A DNA stretch of 64,000 nt, taken from assembly GCF_037042905.1 (NCBI RefSeq), contig NC_087245.1, positions 33,358,001 to 33,422,000 of the forward strand, in the 5' to 3' direction. Positions within the stretch are counted from its first letter, which is position 1. Every line of letters starts with the position of its first letter. Made by a program: the position numbers and the translations under genes. The notes beneath the pieces were generated by a model. It made no database searches and was not told the DNA's origin. It saw nothing but the letters and a program-made list of their open reading frames with translations. This document shows positions 13,931 to 26,499 of this stretch, piece by piece. Source of the DNA: Lytechinus pictus (Eukaryota).

Positions 13931-14100
13931 TGTGTGTGTATTTGAGTTTTGTCAGACGTGTATCATTCAGATATGATTTACGTCTGGGACGGACCTTTAA
14001 CGTCACCATCCAAAAGACGTGACCAGGGCTCGAACCTCTGCATCAATTTGTAACTTCCCCGCATGGCTTAGATTACAGGCGCACAGCCACAACGCCCAGT
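13931..14100 (-). mobile_element. SINE with 7SL(SRP)-RNA-like head, copy 1
   Basis: Minus strand CTGGGCGTTGTGGCTGTGCGCCTGTAATCTAAGCCATGCGGGGAAG...GGTTCGAGCCC...(CA)n tail; 11-bp TSD TTACAAGTGAG at 13920-13930 and 14101-14111. Confidence 0.85.
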
Positions 14101-16439
14101 TTACAAGTGAGGGGGGAGTGGAAGGGGTGTGGTGGGAGGATGTGGAGAGAAAATTGGTAGAGGGCAAGGAGAGAAGACAGGGAAGAGTGAAGGGGAGTGA
14201 CACCTTAAAAGTTAGTCATACTACGTACTGTATATCAAAATACAGGACAGTTTCACAGCAAGAGAATTTTTAAAATACTTTGATCAGAATATCAGAATGT
14301 AAAACGGAATAACATGCTGATGGTTGAAAAATTGATGTTTATTAATATAGGAAACCAAATTAATTGATAGGATTGTGCAGCAAATGCTAATGACACAAAC
14401 TAAAAAAAAAAAGAAAGAAAGCTAGGACATACAAGGGACTCTAAACTGTAAACTGATCAGGGACTGAAACTACCGAGTTAAACTTTAGCTAGTTTAATGA
14501 GGTATCGAAGCCAAGATACAGCTCATCACCAGGAAACTCATCTCCTTTTCCTCCCACTTGTCTCGTTATTTGAGAAAAGAAAGATTGATGCCTCGTCCAT
14601 TATCAGACCTCTTGCAGGGAAAACCAAACAGACTTGCAGTCCCTGGTTCAACAAATGTAAAGCATTTGTTTTCTGCTGACAGTAAGAAATAAATAGGAAA
14701 ATTCTGCCTACACATATGCATCTGATGTATTTCTTAATACAAGAAATATACTTTAACAGAAAAATGGGATTTGGTAATATAAAAAAATTAGAAGGGGGGG
14801 ATGGGCAGACTTAACTATATTGGAATACACATGTTTTTCTGGTTAAGACTGATACATGCATAGCAATTCTAAGGTATCAAAACTGCTCGCCAAAATGGGA
14901 TAATTATAATAGAATGTCATCTGAGGAAAGCATTTTTTTCTATTAAATAAAAGTGGTTTTGCATGTGTTCAGTGATATACTTGAGTGCCCCCCCCCCCCA
15001 TTGCCCCAGCTCCAGATAAAGCACTATGATGCATTATGAATAATATGTTCATTAACTTTCATACACAATAAAGCTACTATATGAAATGGCTAAATAGCTG
15101 AAAATGTACTTTAATTAGAATGGCCTGGAATAAGGCGAAATACTAGTAGGCCTCAGCATATAATGTTAAAGTAAAAGCAAGAGGTTCTAACCTATACGAG
15201 GAAAAGTGATGGATTACCAAAGCAAACAGTTGCCATGGTAATAAGTGAGGACACTCTCCAGTGTATCAATCTAAATGCAGACAATGTGGGCGGGAAGTGG
15301 TGCATGAACATTCTACTCTGATTCCCATTTTACCAGTCTGTGATCTTTCACCGACCCCCATCACCAACCGAGGGCGAAAGATGGGGAACATGGGAATCGC
15401 AGCAACCAAACAACAACATTCCCAGGCAGATCCGTTGATTCAAAGTACCAGTATGCACACAAAAAAATTGAATATCCCACGTGTAACAACAAAAACACTA
15501 CATACCCTCCTCCACTGGGAATGACCTTTGACCCATTCTCTCGGAGCGGAACATTAAGTTTGAAACAAAGTCTTGAGGAAACTATGAAGCCAGTGGTGCA
15601 ATTGTAGAATTAATGGATGACGGCAAAGCATGAGGAACGTTCTAAGGAATCAAAGCTACCAAACGAATAGGATTAACCTCGGATGCTGCAAACCAAGGCG
15701 GATGGATGAGGGAGCCCGAGGCAGCTGTGATGGCTTGCGAATGATATTTCAAGCTCACAGCTAGAGAGTTTGGAGTTCTTTTTCTCCCTTTTTTGGCAGT
15801 CTGTTTGTGGAACAGTGACCCTGGGTGTTGGATGACAATGGGAGTTGGAGAGCCCTTTGGGTTCTATTGGGTAATGTTTGGGTTCTAGATGAGACCAGGC
15901 TTCTTCCATGGTGCAATTGGAGGAGGTTCACCAAGTTCATTGGCAGGATTCCAAAATTACTTTTATCCTCTAAATGATAGAATTACTTTATTACACATTA
16001 TCCCTGGAATAAATTTCTCTGAAAATCATAAATGATTCTATGCTAACTGCCAATTATCTTATATATTCATGTACACTAAAAAATACACTTGTTTTACAAA
16101 GCAAAATCATCAAAACCCCTTCAGGCGATGCTTGACAATTCCATCACTTCAATTCTAAAATAATTATAAAAAAAGGGACTAAACTCCACGAGGACTATCT
16201 TTTAATTTGAAAAGCAGCCTTGAATAAATATGTGACATTGATCAATTATGGAATGGTCAAGTAAAACCCAGTAAGACGCATTAAGAGAAAGTGATGGTAA
16301 TCATTACAACAATGGAGTGAATAAAGATATGAAATAATCATAAATTACCTCTTCCCTAAGTTCTTCTACTTTCATCTACATGTATTTCAAAAATGTAACC
16401 TATTAGAATCATTCCAACTGCTGTATTATAGCAAATTCT

Positions 16440-18435
16440 AGGCAGTACTCTAATGGAAGAGGAAGTTAAAGATATTTTATGTACTTTAGATGCTTCAAAA
16501 TCTCATGGGTATGATAATTTGCCAGTTAGATTGATCAAGGATGCAGCACCTTTCATTGCTTCTCTGTTGACTTATATGTTCAATTTATCATTAGAATTGG
16601 GCAAATTCCCAGATGCCCTAAAGGTAGCAAAAGTGACCCCCCTGTATAAAAAGGGTTCGAAGGATGACCCAGGCAATTATAGACCCATTTCAGTTTTACC
16701 AGTTATTGCAAAAATCTTTGAAAAATTAGATAATATGCGTCTCATGGCCTTTCTAGACTCCAGTGATATTTTGTATAGACATCAGTATGGCTTTCGTAAG
16801 AGATATAGTACGAAATTATCAGTAATAAATTTGGTAAACACATTATTGAAGGCGATTGATAAAGGTGAAATAACCATAGGTATATTTATAGATTTCAAAA
16901 AGGCGTTTGACACAATCAATCATAACATACTCTACGAAAAATTAAAGCATTATGGAATAAGAGGTATTGTATTGCAGTGGTTCCAGAATTACTTAATGGA
17001 CCGATCGCAGGTTTTATGTTACAAAGATGAAATGTCCAGTAGTAGAAGGATAACATGTGGTGTTCCCCAAGGATCAGTCCTGGGGCCAACACTCTTTTTA
17101 TTATATATTTAATGACTTACCAAGATCAACTGATTTTTTCCAGTTTAGACTTTTTGCAGATGATTCAAATATTTTCCATACTTTCCCCAAATGTCAAAAA
17201 GATATTGATATGAACTATGTAAGTAAGAAATTAAAAGAGGTGTATAGTTGGTGTATACTTAATAAATTAACCACAAATTTGAAGAAAACTAATTATATGA
17301 TAATAAAAGGACCAAGACGATCTATTGAAATTGAAGGTGTATTAACTTTATGTGAAACAGTTATAGAAAAAGTACATGTGGCATCTTTTGTAGGAATTCA
17401 AATCGATGAATCTTTGTTGTGGAAAAACCAGATCCAATGTATTGATAAATGCATTAGGCGGAAAATTGGTTTGCTTTTTAAATTACGTTACTATGTACCA
17501 CGGCATGTTCTAATGCTTTTGTATAAATGTTTTATACAACCACACATATCTTTTGGAATTGAAGTTTGGGGAAGTAGCTACAGGAGCCACCTAAATCGTA
17601 TATATTTGGCGCAGAAAATGGCTATGAGAGCAATTACATTTTCTCCACTTAGAACAAGCTCTACGCCACTATTCGTCAGTCTGGGGGTATTAGGTGTTTA
17701 TGACTTGCATAAACTTGCAGTATCAACATTTGTTTATGATTTACACAAGGAACATTTACCACATTCTGTAAAGCAATACTTTGAGATGTTAAATCATAGT
17801 TACAAAACCAGAGGCAGAGAACATTCCATGCTAAGACTTCCCAAATGTAACACTACACATGGCACTTTTTCTATATCTTTTATTGGAGCAAAGTTTTGGA
17901 ATAGTTTGCCCCAGAGTATACGAGAGAAAAGAACACGGTTTTCATTTCGTAAAAATCTGAAAAATTACTTGATTAATGAAGTTTGATGATTGATATGAGT
18001 TTGGAAAAAAAATAAAATAAAACAAAGTTGTTTTAGAAGTAGATACATTGAACTTTGATCCTTTTGGGAAACCATTCTCGACTAGCACTTGTGCTAACTT
18101 TTGGTTCTCCCTTTAACAGCATTTCATTTGGTACAAAATCACCCATACCATTTATAATTTATGTTCATGCATACAATCAATTTTTATGGTGATTTGCTTC
18201 TTGCCAGGTGAAACTGCATCAAGACAAAACACATGATGTTACTCTTTTGTATTATATGCTGATATCACATGCGGTATTATATTGTGTTTTTATCTAGACT
18301 ATGATTATGTTATGTTATGAATTGCATTTATATGATTCATGTTATATAACACATTCTTGTAAATATGTATTACACATATATTCATTCATGTAAATATGTT
18401 AATGTTGTTAATAAATTCAACTCAACTCAACTCAA
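16440..18435 (+). mobile_element. 5'-truncated non-LTR retrotransposon (CR1/L2/Crack group)
   Basis: RT ORF, 3' UTR with stem-loop (~18066-18111), AATAAA then (CTCAA)n tail at ~18410-18435. Confidence 0.9.
16453..17986 (+). pseudogene. LINE ORF2 reverse transcriptase, truncated, one +1 frameshift at ~17110
   Basis: Motifs NYRPISVLP, QYGFR, FIDFKKAFDTI, GVPQGSVLGP, LYI/NDL (split by an extra T), FADD. Confidence 0.92.
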
Positions 18436-19223
18436 GTGCAAAATTAATTTGTCAACTAATTTAACTTAAAACCTAACCATATCTTAGTGAGGCCATGCTG
18501 CAGTGTTTGACCTAGAAATATTAATGGTAACAAGGGGACACTCGGGAGGAATCATATTTCCATCTTTACAGAAAGCAGGAGGGGGTCTATTAGGCACTCT
18601 ACAATGAATAATTGGGTCAATTTGACAACAGTCTGTGTCTGGTTGGATCAATTAATGGAAAGAGGGTGATGACAGGAAATAGTACAATTTAGACTTAAGG
18701 TTAACCTTCACCTAATTTCAATAGAGGGGGGCAAATCAATTTATTCTCCCCTACCCCCTTTTGTTTGGCAGACCAAAGATTTCTCCAATGATAAGACTCT
18801 GGACAAGACACTCGGCTTATATTATATCAAAGGAATGCCTCTTCTTACAAGATTTTTTTTTAAATTGGCTTTCATTTGCTATGTCTTACCAACCTAGCAA
18901 AAGCACACAAAATTTAAAAGTTCCATTTAATTTGTCGGTGTTCTTGTATACGTTGCCATTACTTTTTTCAGAATTGATGCAATTTTAACACATTGCCAAA
19001 GTCAGCTGTCAACAGGTTCATACTGAAATATCAAAATAGAAGTTATTTTTCATGTTTGTACAGGAGCATCAACTGAATTTCTTGAAGATCTGCAGGGGAG
19101 TCTACTGAGGTATGTGATGACTGCCAGGAACATGTGTACACCTGGGGGATAAGTGCATGACAGGTGTACGTGAGGGAATTCCCCTGAAATGTACACCACA
19201 TGGGTCAGATCATGGACCTACTA

Positions 19224-20034
19224 GGCTGCGTTTATGCGACCTCAAGCCAGAATCATGATTTGAATCATGATTTGAATCATGATTCAAAACACAAACATGA
19301 ATCACAATATCACAGAATCAGCGTTTAGACGACCTTCATTCCAATGCTGTTTCTCCTCAGATTCGGGCCAATCCAGTGCGCATCACTAGTGCGCAGTTTG
19401 ACAGAGGAAGTTTTTCGCACGTGTTTCGGCTCTCGAAAATTCTTTTGCTTCCATCAGAATTCAGTCTATACCTCATTTTGTTTACTTCTATCATAAAGGG
19501 TCCATATGCTTCTATTCATCTTGTTAGCTTATCCAAAATGGTGTTCGGAAGTGAATTTCAGCGTAGATCCAATTTGATATTGATACTGTATACTCAACAA
19601 CAACTGAGATCATTGTCTGTCCAGTTAATTCATTTAGAACTTGAAGTTGAAGACATGACCAAAAAATGAAAAGTAGTGGACGATGCGATGACCAACACAG
19701 AACTTGAACATGACAAGAAATGAATAGTCATGTACATACAATGAGCATATAGAGCGCCTAGAGCTTGGCAAGAGTCAAACCGAAAGTAGCCCGACACAAC
19801 AGTGAGGTCATATAATCATGATTGTAATCACGATATCGTTTATTCGAACATTTTCGTACGTGATTCTGCAGAAACGTCTTTCCAAACGCCCCTTTTTTCG
19901 TGTTTCATGTTTGTGATTCTAATCATGATTATATTCAATTTCGACTAAACGCAATCGTGATTCTGCAGAATCATGATTTGAATCATGATTCAAATCATGA
20001 TTCTAGGGTAAAAAAGTGGCGGATAAACGCACCC
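19224..20034. mobile_element. PIF/Harbinger-type non-autonomous element
   Basis: TIR GGCTGCGTTTATGCG / CGGATAAACGCACCC; 3-bp TSD CTA; subterminal arrays of the palindrome AATCATGATT. Confidence 0.8.
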
Positions 20035-20550
20035 CTAGATGCGCTCATGCTGCATTGTTTATTAACAATATGAGGGTATTCACATCAATATATGTATAGA
20101 ATGAATCATAAATTTCTCTCAAACTGCAGTTAAAGTATGATATATAGCTTACCCCCTGCAAACAGGTAGAAAGGGAACTAAATCAATGAACACAACAGAT
20201 TGCAGTCCCCTTTCCTCCTACATTATTAGTCTACTATACCTACAAGTACTAGTAGGCCTCTGTTGAAAAATATATTTCAAAACTAAATCAAAAGCAAAAT
20301 TTGCTTGTTTTACGGATCAAAAATACAAAACATAATTTCCATAAGCAACTAGTATAATTGGAAAGAATGTAGATTTCACAAAATAAAATAAACAATACAT
20401 TCCACAATATTATGACTTAATTTTACCAGAAGAAGTTAATACTACTTTATATTCTGCATCTATTTTGTGGTGTACATAGGTCCCGAGACGTAAAAGTATT
20501 CAGAATTTTTTTTAAAGTCCTGAATGATATCAAACTTAATTGTAAACCAG

Positions 20551-20668
20551 GGACCCACTATGGGGGCAACTACCAACATGGCTCAGCAGCCAATCACAAT
20601 CAAGGTTTCCATGGTAGTTACAATAATGGCAAAGTTAACATAGTTGCAACTCTTTGTGCAACAGGCCC
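20551..20668. mobile_element. Degenerate Harbinger-type MITE
   Basis: Right end GCAACTCTTTGTGCAACAGGCCC as in family B; CAG/TAG flanks. Confidence 0.45.
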
Positions 20669-21130
20669 TAGATCTCCTTCATCATAGCATGGACCTAGTA
20701 GTAGGTCCATGATCATAGATACCCAAATACCTAATCTATTAGTTCAGTACTGACAATATACAAATATTGAATGTTTTAACAGGTAGAGTAAAACTATTTG
20801 CCCAGAGGTGATAAAATCAGTGCTACTAGTTCCATGTACTCCAGGACTGTTTTACAATTGTGGTGATCTGAAAATTGTTATCTCTAAACTACACAAATAT
20901 ATCAATCGCAATTTGAGTTTGATTTTAATCTATAAAAACTCTTTATAATATGCCCACCCACCCCTCCCCCCTTCCCCTTCCCCCGATCTACTTTAGTAGG
21001 CCTTCCAAGTCCATGGATACAGGTATAATTAACAGCCTATATGTCCAGTCAATAGTTTTCAATGTATGCCTACGAGTCAATAGTGGCTATAAAAACTTTG
21101 TGTTTGATCATTTAATTGCCTATAATCTCA

Positions 21131-21530
21131 TACCCCTTTCATAAACCCAATAAAACACAATTATGCGGCTAATAGCAGCATAATTTGGTCGTAAAATCAG
21201 AGGAGGACAAGAGTTATCCGCATTATTCTGATGCTGCTATTATCCGCATAATAGCAGCATCGGGACAAGATTTTGAGTTTATGAACGTATTTCCAAATAA
21301 TGCGGATAATTGCCATGGTGCGGTCACAAGGTCACCCTTTTCCAACACAACCGCATCGGAGGGGGCGTGTCCAGTTGTCATGACGATTATCAGCCTTTTT
21401 CAGGACGGGCGCTCGTAAAAATAATGCGGATAATTTTTGGAGTTTGTGAACGCAATTTTTATTGAATTATCCGCATTACTCTTAGGCGGCTAATTGGAGG
21501 ATAGGTTTTATTGGGTTTATGAAAGGGGTA
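21131..21530. mobile_element. Harbinger-type MITE
   Basis: TIR TACCCCTTTCATAAACCCAATAAAAC / GTTTTATTGGGTTTATGAAAGGGGTA; TCA/TTA flanks; internal ATGCGGATAA repeats. Confidence 0.8.
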
Positions 21531-21592
21531 TTATTGTGAGGCAAATACTATGGACTAGACTGCATCTACTGGACCTGCAGTAATGCTACTAA

Positions 21593-21760
21593 TACCTTGG
21601 TCACATATGACCTACATGTACGGCGGCCGTACGGCGAGTCAAAAACAGCCATTTTATTAATTTTTATTCAAACCATCTATATGTAGCTGGTACAAAAAAT
21701 GTTAAAACGGCTGTTTTCGACTCGCCGTACGGCCGCCGTAGATCAGTTGTGACCAAGGTA
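21593..21760. mobile_element. Palindromic Harbinger-type MITE
   Basis: TIR TACCTTGGTCACA..TACGGCGGCCGTACGGCGAGTC; perfect TAA TSD. Confidence 0.85.
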
Positions 21761-21883
21761 TAACCTCAACATAGATTTTCAGTGAACTTCCTTCAACAAA
21801 TAACATTTTACCTGTTAATTTAAATGAATCAAATCAATTTTAATATACAAATCCAATTTTGTATAGGCACGTGCATGGGTGTA

Positions 21884-22105
21884 CACTCTAAATATCAAGG
21901 ATTTAGAACAAAAAAAAATTCCTGAGAGACTGTGTGTGAATAGTGACCAGCCGAACATTAGCCCTTTCAACACTTGAATCTAAATCTAAAAGATTTGAAA
22001 GTAAATCTCTTGAGATTTCAAATTTAAAAACAAACCTATTGATCAGCTGGTCACTATCCACAGTCAATATGGATTTATTTCAAATCCTTGTTGAAATTTA
22101 GAGTG
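21884..22105. mobile_element. TA-flanked CACT-terminated MITE
   Basis: TIR CACTCTAAAT..CAAGGATTT / AAATCCTTG..ATTTAGAGTG. Confidence 0.7.
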
Positions 22106-23264
22106 TATATATGCAGTTTGAGATGTGTATTGTGTTGCCAACTCTAAAAAAATAATGTGTGTAGTCTCTTGAAAATGAGGAAAAGAGACATTGCAAACTC
22201 AAATTGAATCTAAATTGAAATAAAGCTGACAGGGTAAGCAAGAACTTGATCTTTTCTAAAAATAAACTCTACAATCATTTTGTGTACAGACCAATGAGGT
22301 TATGTACTATTTTTTTGAAATAGCGTACAAGTTGTAGAAAGCCTAGCACCTGTTATCCTGTAGTCTGCTATCTAAACCTGGTTAAGGATATGATAAGATC
22401 ATAGATGGATACAAAAACAACAGCAGCAGCAGCAGCAGAATATCATTTCTTAGTGAAGAACTTTAACTTCAACAAAACCAAGACAATTTCTAGCTTTCAT
22501 TCAAACAATTTCAAATATATAAATGAGAATGGATTAAACCCAATAGAAAATCATGCATTTTTCATCAATTTAATATATCCAAAAATAGAGGTGTATTATT
22601 CATAATTGGATATGATTGAGAGTGAGAGTGGGGAAAAAAGAAAGTGTGTATTCACATACATTGTATCTTTGGGGGAAAGGTGCTATAAAATGTTATTTAA
22701 AATCATGAGGGGAAGGGAGAGAGAGAGGGGGGGGTGTGAAGGAGGTGAGGAAGGAGAGAAAATTAAAAGATTGTGAGTATATATATACATGGTGTGGCAG
22801 AAATGAAAGAAAGGCACAAAACAGATATAGAAATTCACTAATTTTTTAATAATTTCAGGCCTTTCATAACACACATACAAGAAGAAAGGAGAGGTAAAAA
22901 AATGAGAACCAAGAATATAAAAGAATACTGTGTGAAATAAAACACTCTGAATTACAATTCAATATAAATCAAGAGGCTGATTGGTGACAAGTAATAAATC
23001 TTAAAAGATTTATTTGTCTCAAATGATTTAAATCAAAATCTGTAACAGTCAAATTTTAATCCAATGTCTGACATGACTGGTTAATGACCACGACTGATGA
23101 CCTGGATTTATCTTAAATCCATGAGGAAATAATCAAGCAAAAATCATAAAGAATAATAAATATTTGAGATACACATAGTATCAAACAAAAAGAGCAAAAA
23201 AGGGATAATATTCAATACATGTACATCTGCCAACTTCTTCTTCAAAATTAGGAATGCTAACTAC

Positions 23265-24159
23265 AACAAGTGGAATGCCTCTGGCCGTCTCACCTGCATC
23301 ACGCGATTCAATATAGCAGCAGTGCTGATTTTGAAAACTACTATAACTCGCACAAGATGTTCAGTGATACTTGGTTACTCTTATTTCCACGTTTTATGAA
23401 CTAGACCAATACACTTATAGAGATATGATGGCAATTCAACAAATACCCCCAACGTGGCCAAAGTTCTTTGACCTTACATGACCTTTGAACTTGATCATGT
23501 GACCTGAAACTCGCACAGGATGTTCAGTGATACTTGATTACTATTATGTCCAAGTTTTATGAACTAGACCAACACACTTTCAAATTTATGGCTGTAATTC
23601 AACAAATACCCCAATTTGGCCAAAGTTCATTGACCCTAAATGACCTTTGACCTTGATCATGTGACCTGAAACTTGCACAGGATGTTCAGTAATACTTGAT
23701 TACTATTATGTCCAAGTTTCATGAATCAGATCCATAAACTTTCAAAGTTATGATGGTAATTCAACAGATACCCCCAATTCGGCCAAAGTTCATTGACCCT
23801 AAATGACCTTTGACCTTGGTCATGTGATGTGAAACTCATGCAGGATGTTCAGTGATACTTGATTAACCTTATGTATAAGTTTCATGAACTAGGTCCATAT
23901 ATTTTCTAAGTTATGATGACATTTCAAAAACTTAACCTTAGGTTAAGATTTTGATGTTGATTCCCCCAACATGGTCTAAGTTCATTGACCCTAAATGACC
24001 TTTGACCTTGGTCATGTGACATGAAACTCAGGCAGGATGTTCAGTAATACTTGATTAACCTTATGGCCAAGTTTCATGAACTAGGTCCATATACTTTCTA
24101 AGTTATGCTGTCATTTCAAAAACTTAACCTCAGGTTAAGATTTGATGTTGACGCCGCCG

Positions 24160-24196
<37 letters not shown>

Positions 24197-24252
24197 CGCC
24201 GTCGGAAAAGCGGCGCCTATAGTCTCACTCTGCTATGCAGGTGAGACAAAAA
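23265..24252 (+). mobile_element. Helentron-associated (HINE/DINE-1-like) element with internal tandem array
   Basis: Subterminal IR GTCTCACCTGCA / TGCAGGTGAGAC, 3' hairpin, (GCC)n tract, ~160-bp tandem units with TGACCTTTGACCT. Confidence 0.75.
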
Positions 24253-24264
24253 TGAATCACTATA

Positions 24265-24662
24265 GGCGTTGCTGCACCAGCCCGAGTTTGCTCAATCTCG
24301 AGATTTTAGCGTGATCGGCGCTCTTCGTGATTAATCTCGAGATTCAAGAAACCCGTCTTCACCATCGCAAGAAGAACGATTCCTGCTCGAGCGAGGCATC
24401 GATGCATTATGGTCTGACGCCGTGAATAAATAATCCCGAGTGCGTCTGCACCTACGAATTAGCGCGATAATTCGTAAAATAGCGCACTATTTTGCAAATA
24501 ATCCCAAGTTGACTTGGGATTGCAATCTCGAGATTAATCCTACGAACTAGCGCGATAATTGCGTCTCCATTACAAATAATCTCGAGATTGTTCAGACTGG
24601 GATGATTTGCCGGATCAGAAATAGCGCGCTAATTTGAAAACTCGGGCTGGTGCAGACGGCCC
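24265..24662. mobile_element. Harbinger-type MITE
   Basis: TIR CTGCACCAGCCCGAGTTT / AAACTCGGGCTGGTGCAG; internal AATCTCGAGATT palindromes. Confidence 0.75.
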
Positions 24663-26499
24663 TTATGAATGCAATTGTATCCTTGCCAATGCATTACATC
24701 ATTGATGTGACAAAGGATTAGATGTTAACACATCCAACAGAAAGGTGTTTGCTCAAAGCATCTCCTTGACTAAATGACCTCACCTCACATTAATCGCATT
24801 GCTCCATACACACTTACTGAAAAAAATACCATGAGGAATGGTTCTAAATCTTGCCTTGTGTCCATTGAAAGTACACACCACTGTCATACCAAATATGTTC
24901 TTATTCTCTCTACTCCTTGACTAACTTTTCTCCAGCTAACTTGATTAATAGGTTCGATGAAATATCTAGCATCAATACCCGAGTTAATCCAACTTTCTGT
25001 GAATGGGGAACAGGCTTATGTTCAAACTAACCGTTTTGATAAAGTACCATAAACATCAGTGTCAAAAAGAGTAGGACAAAGAATTTGAAAAGAAAACTGC
25101 AGCTAAAAATCCTTGATTTTACTTACATCTTATCAATATCCTTGATTCAATTTAAAAAAATTAAGATAAATCTCCTTTTCTGAAAAACCTGCAATTTTTT
25201 TTTAAACACCGGAAGATGCAAAAATATCCATAAGAATTCCTCTGCAGCTGGACAGTTAATGATCCTCTGCTATTCCAAACAATAAAACCTCTAACCGCCT
25301 ACCTGTTAGCTTGCAAATAAGACATTTTATTTCCCTCTTTTTTCTCTCTCCTTTTCAAGATAGGCAACGAGGGTTCATTCCACTTCAGTTTATAAGTTAA
25401 CACTACAATGTGAATACAACTACTAGAATGGCCCAAAGGTGTTGAAGCAAACATAATAGCTGTTCAAAAATGAAAGAGCTAAATGAAGTATTTTGATGGC
25501 ATTCAATGAAGCATGGGTAAATTCCTCTTTGAATTTAAGAAAACAAGTCATTACATCTCTCAATGGGCTTTTAATGGTTAGAGTAGATGGATAGGGTACA
25601 AGTATATGTATCATTGTGGTGTGTTTGAAATTTGTTTTCTTTAAAAAAAAATAGGGCAACAAAATATAAAGAAAATGTAACAATTACATGTGAAAAGTAA
25701 GCTGTACCCCTCCCCCACTCCGTCCCAATTTGAAGCCAGGTCAGGGAAAAAATAATCAAAACAAAAAACTTTGAAGGGCTGTTTTTTTTTTTAGATCATT
25801 CAAAATGTGCTAACTTTATCATAATTACACTTAATCCTATGGGAGTATCCAGGGCTCTTTTTACCTTTTCGGGTCTATTTTGGGGGCAAAGTTGTCCTCC
25901 ACCCCAGGTAACTTTCCCTGAGCCAGGGGCACATTTTCTTTTAAAAAGTCTGACTTTAATCTGATATGCCCAAGCTAAAAATAGCATATCATCAACTTGT
26001 CACCTTCATCCCATCCTGCACACTACATATTTCTTAATAAAGCACACATTCAAGTACTTTGAAATTTTATTTAAATGAAAATTTGTTAAACTGTACAAAG
26101 AAGGATGTATGAAGAAATAGACTGTACTTTGTCCATGCCTTGATGTGAAAGTCCTACAGCAATGCTTAATTGTTCTATTGATTGTATATTTTGAATTACA
26201 TTAGAACATCTTCATACTTCAAGGTACAGTAGGTAAGCCATTTAAAACATAACCTTGTGAGGTGCAAATGCTCTAAATAATACTACTTGCATCGGGGAAT
26301 TACATCATTGAGCTAATAGAAGACCGGTACAAGATGAAAGCTAGGAAAATGGATAGTTTGACTGGCTTCGGTAATATTGGCACCATTCAAGGATGTTAGC
26401 TAGCTTCTCCACGGCCAATCACCCAATTTTATCTATCAAGGAGCTTACATTTGTAAAGCATTTAGAGATGTCATTCCGATGTATAAGACCAGAAGATAA

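Noticed and set aside
13931..14100. Genuine 7SL gene or human Alu contamination
   Set aside because: Only ~45 nt are 7SL-like; no S domain or Alu body; locus-specific TSDs and (CA)n tail
23350..24140. CRISPR-like regularly spaced repeats
   Set aside because: Whole units are similar with no unique spacers; eukaryotic context; no cas genes
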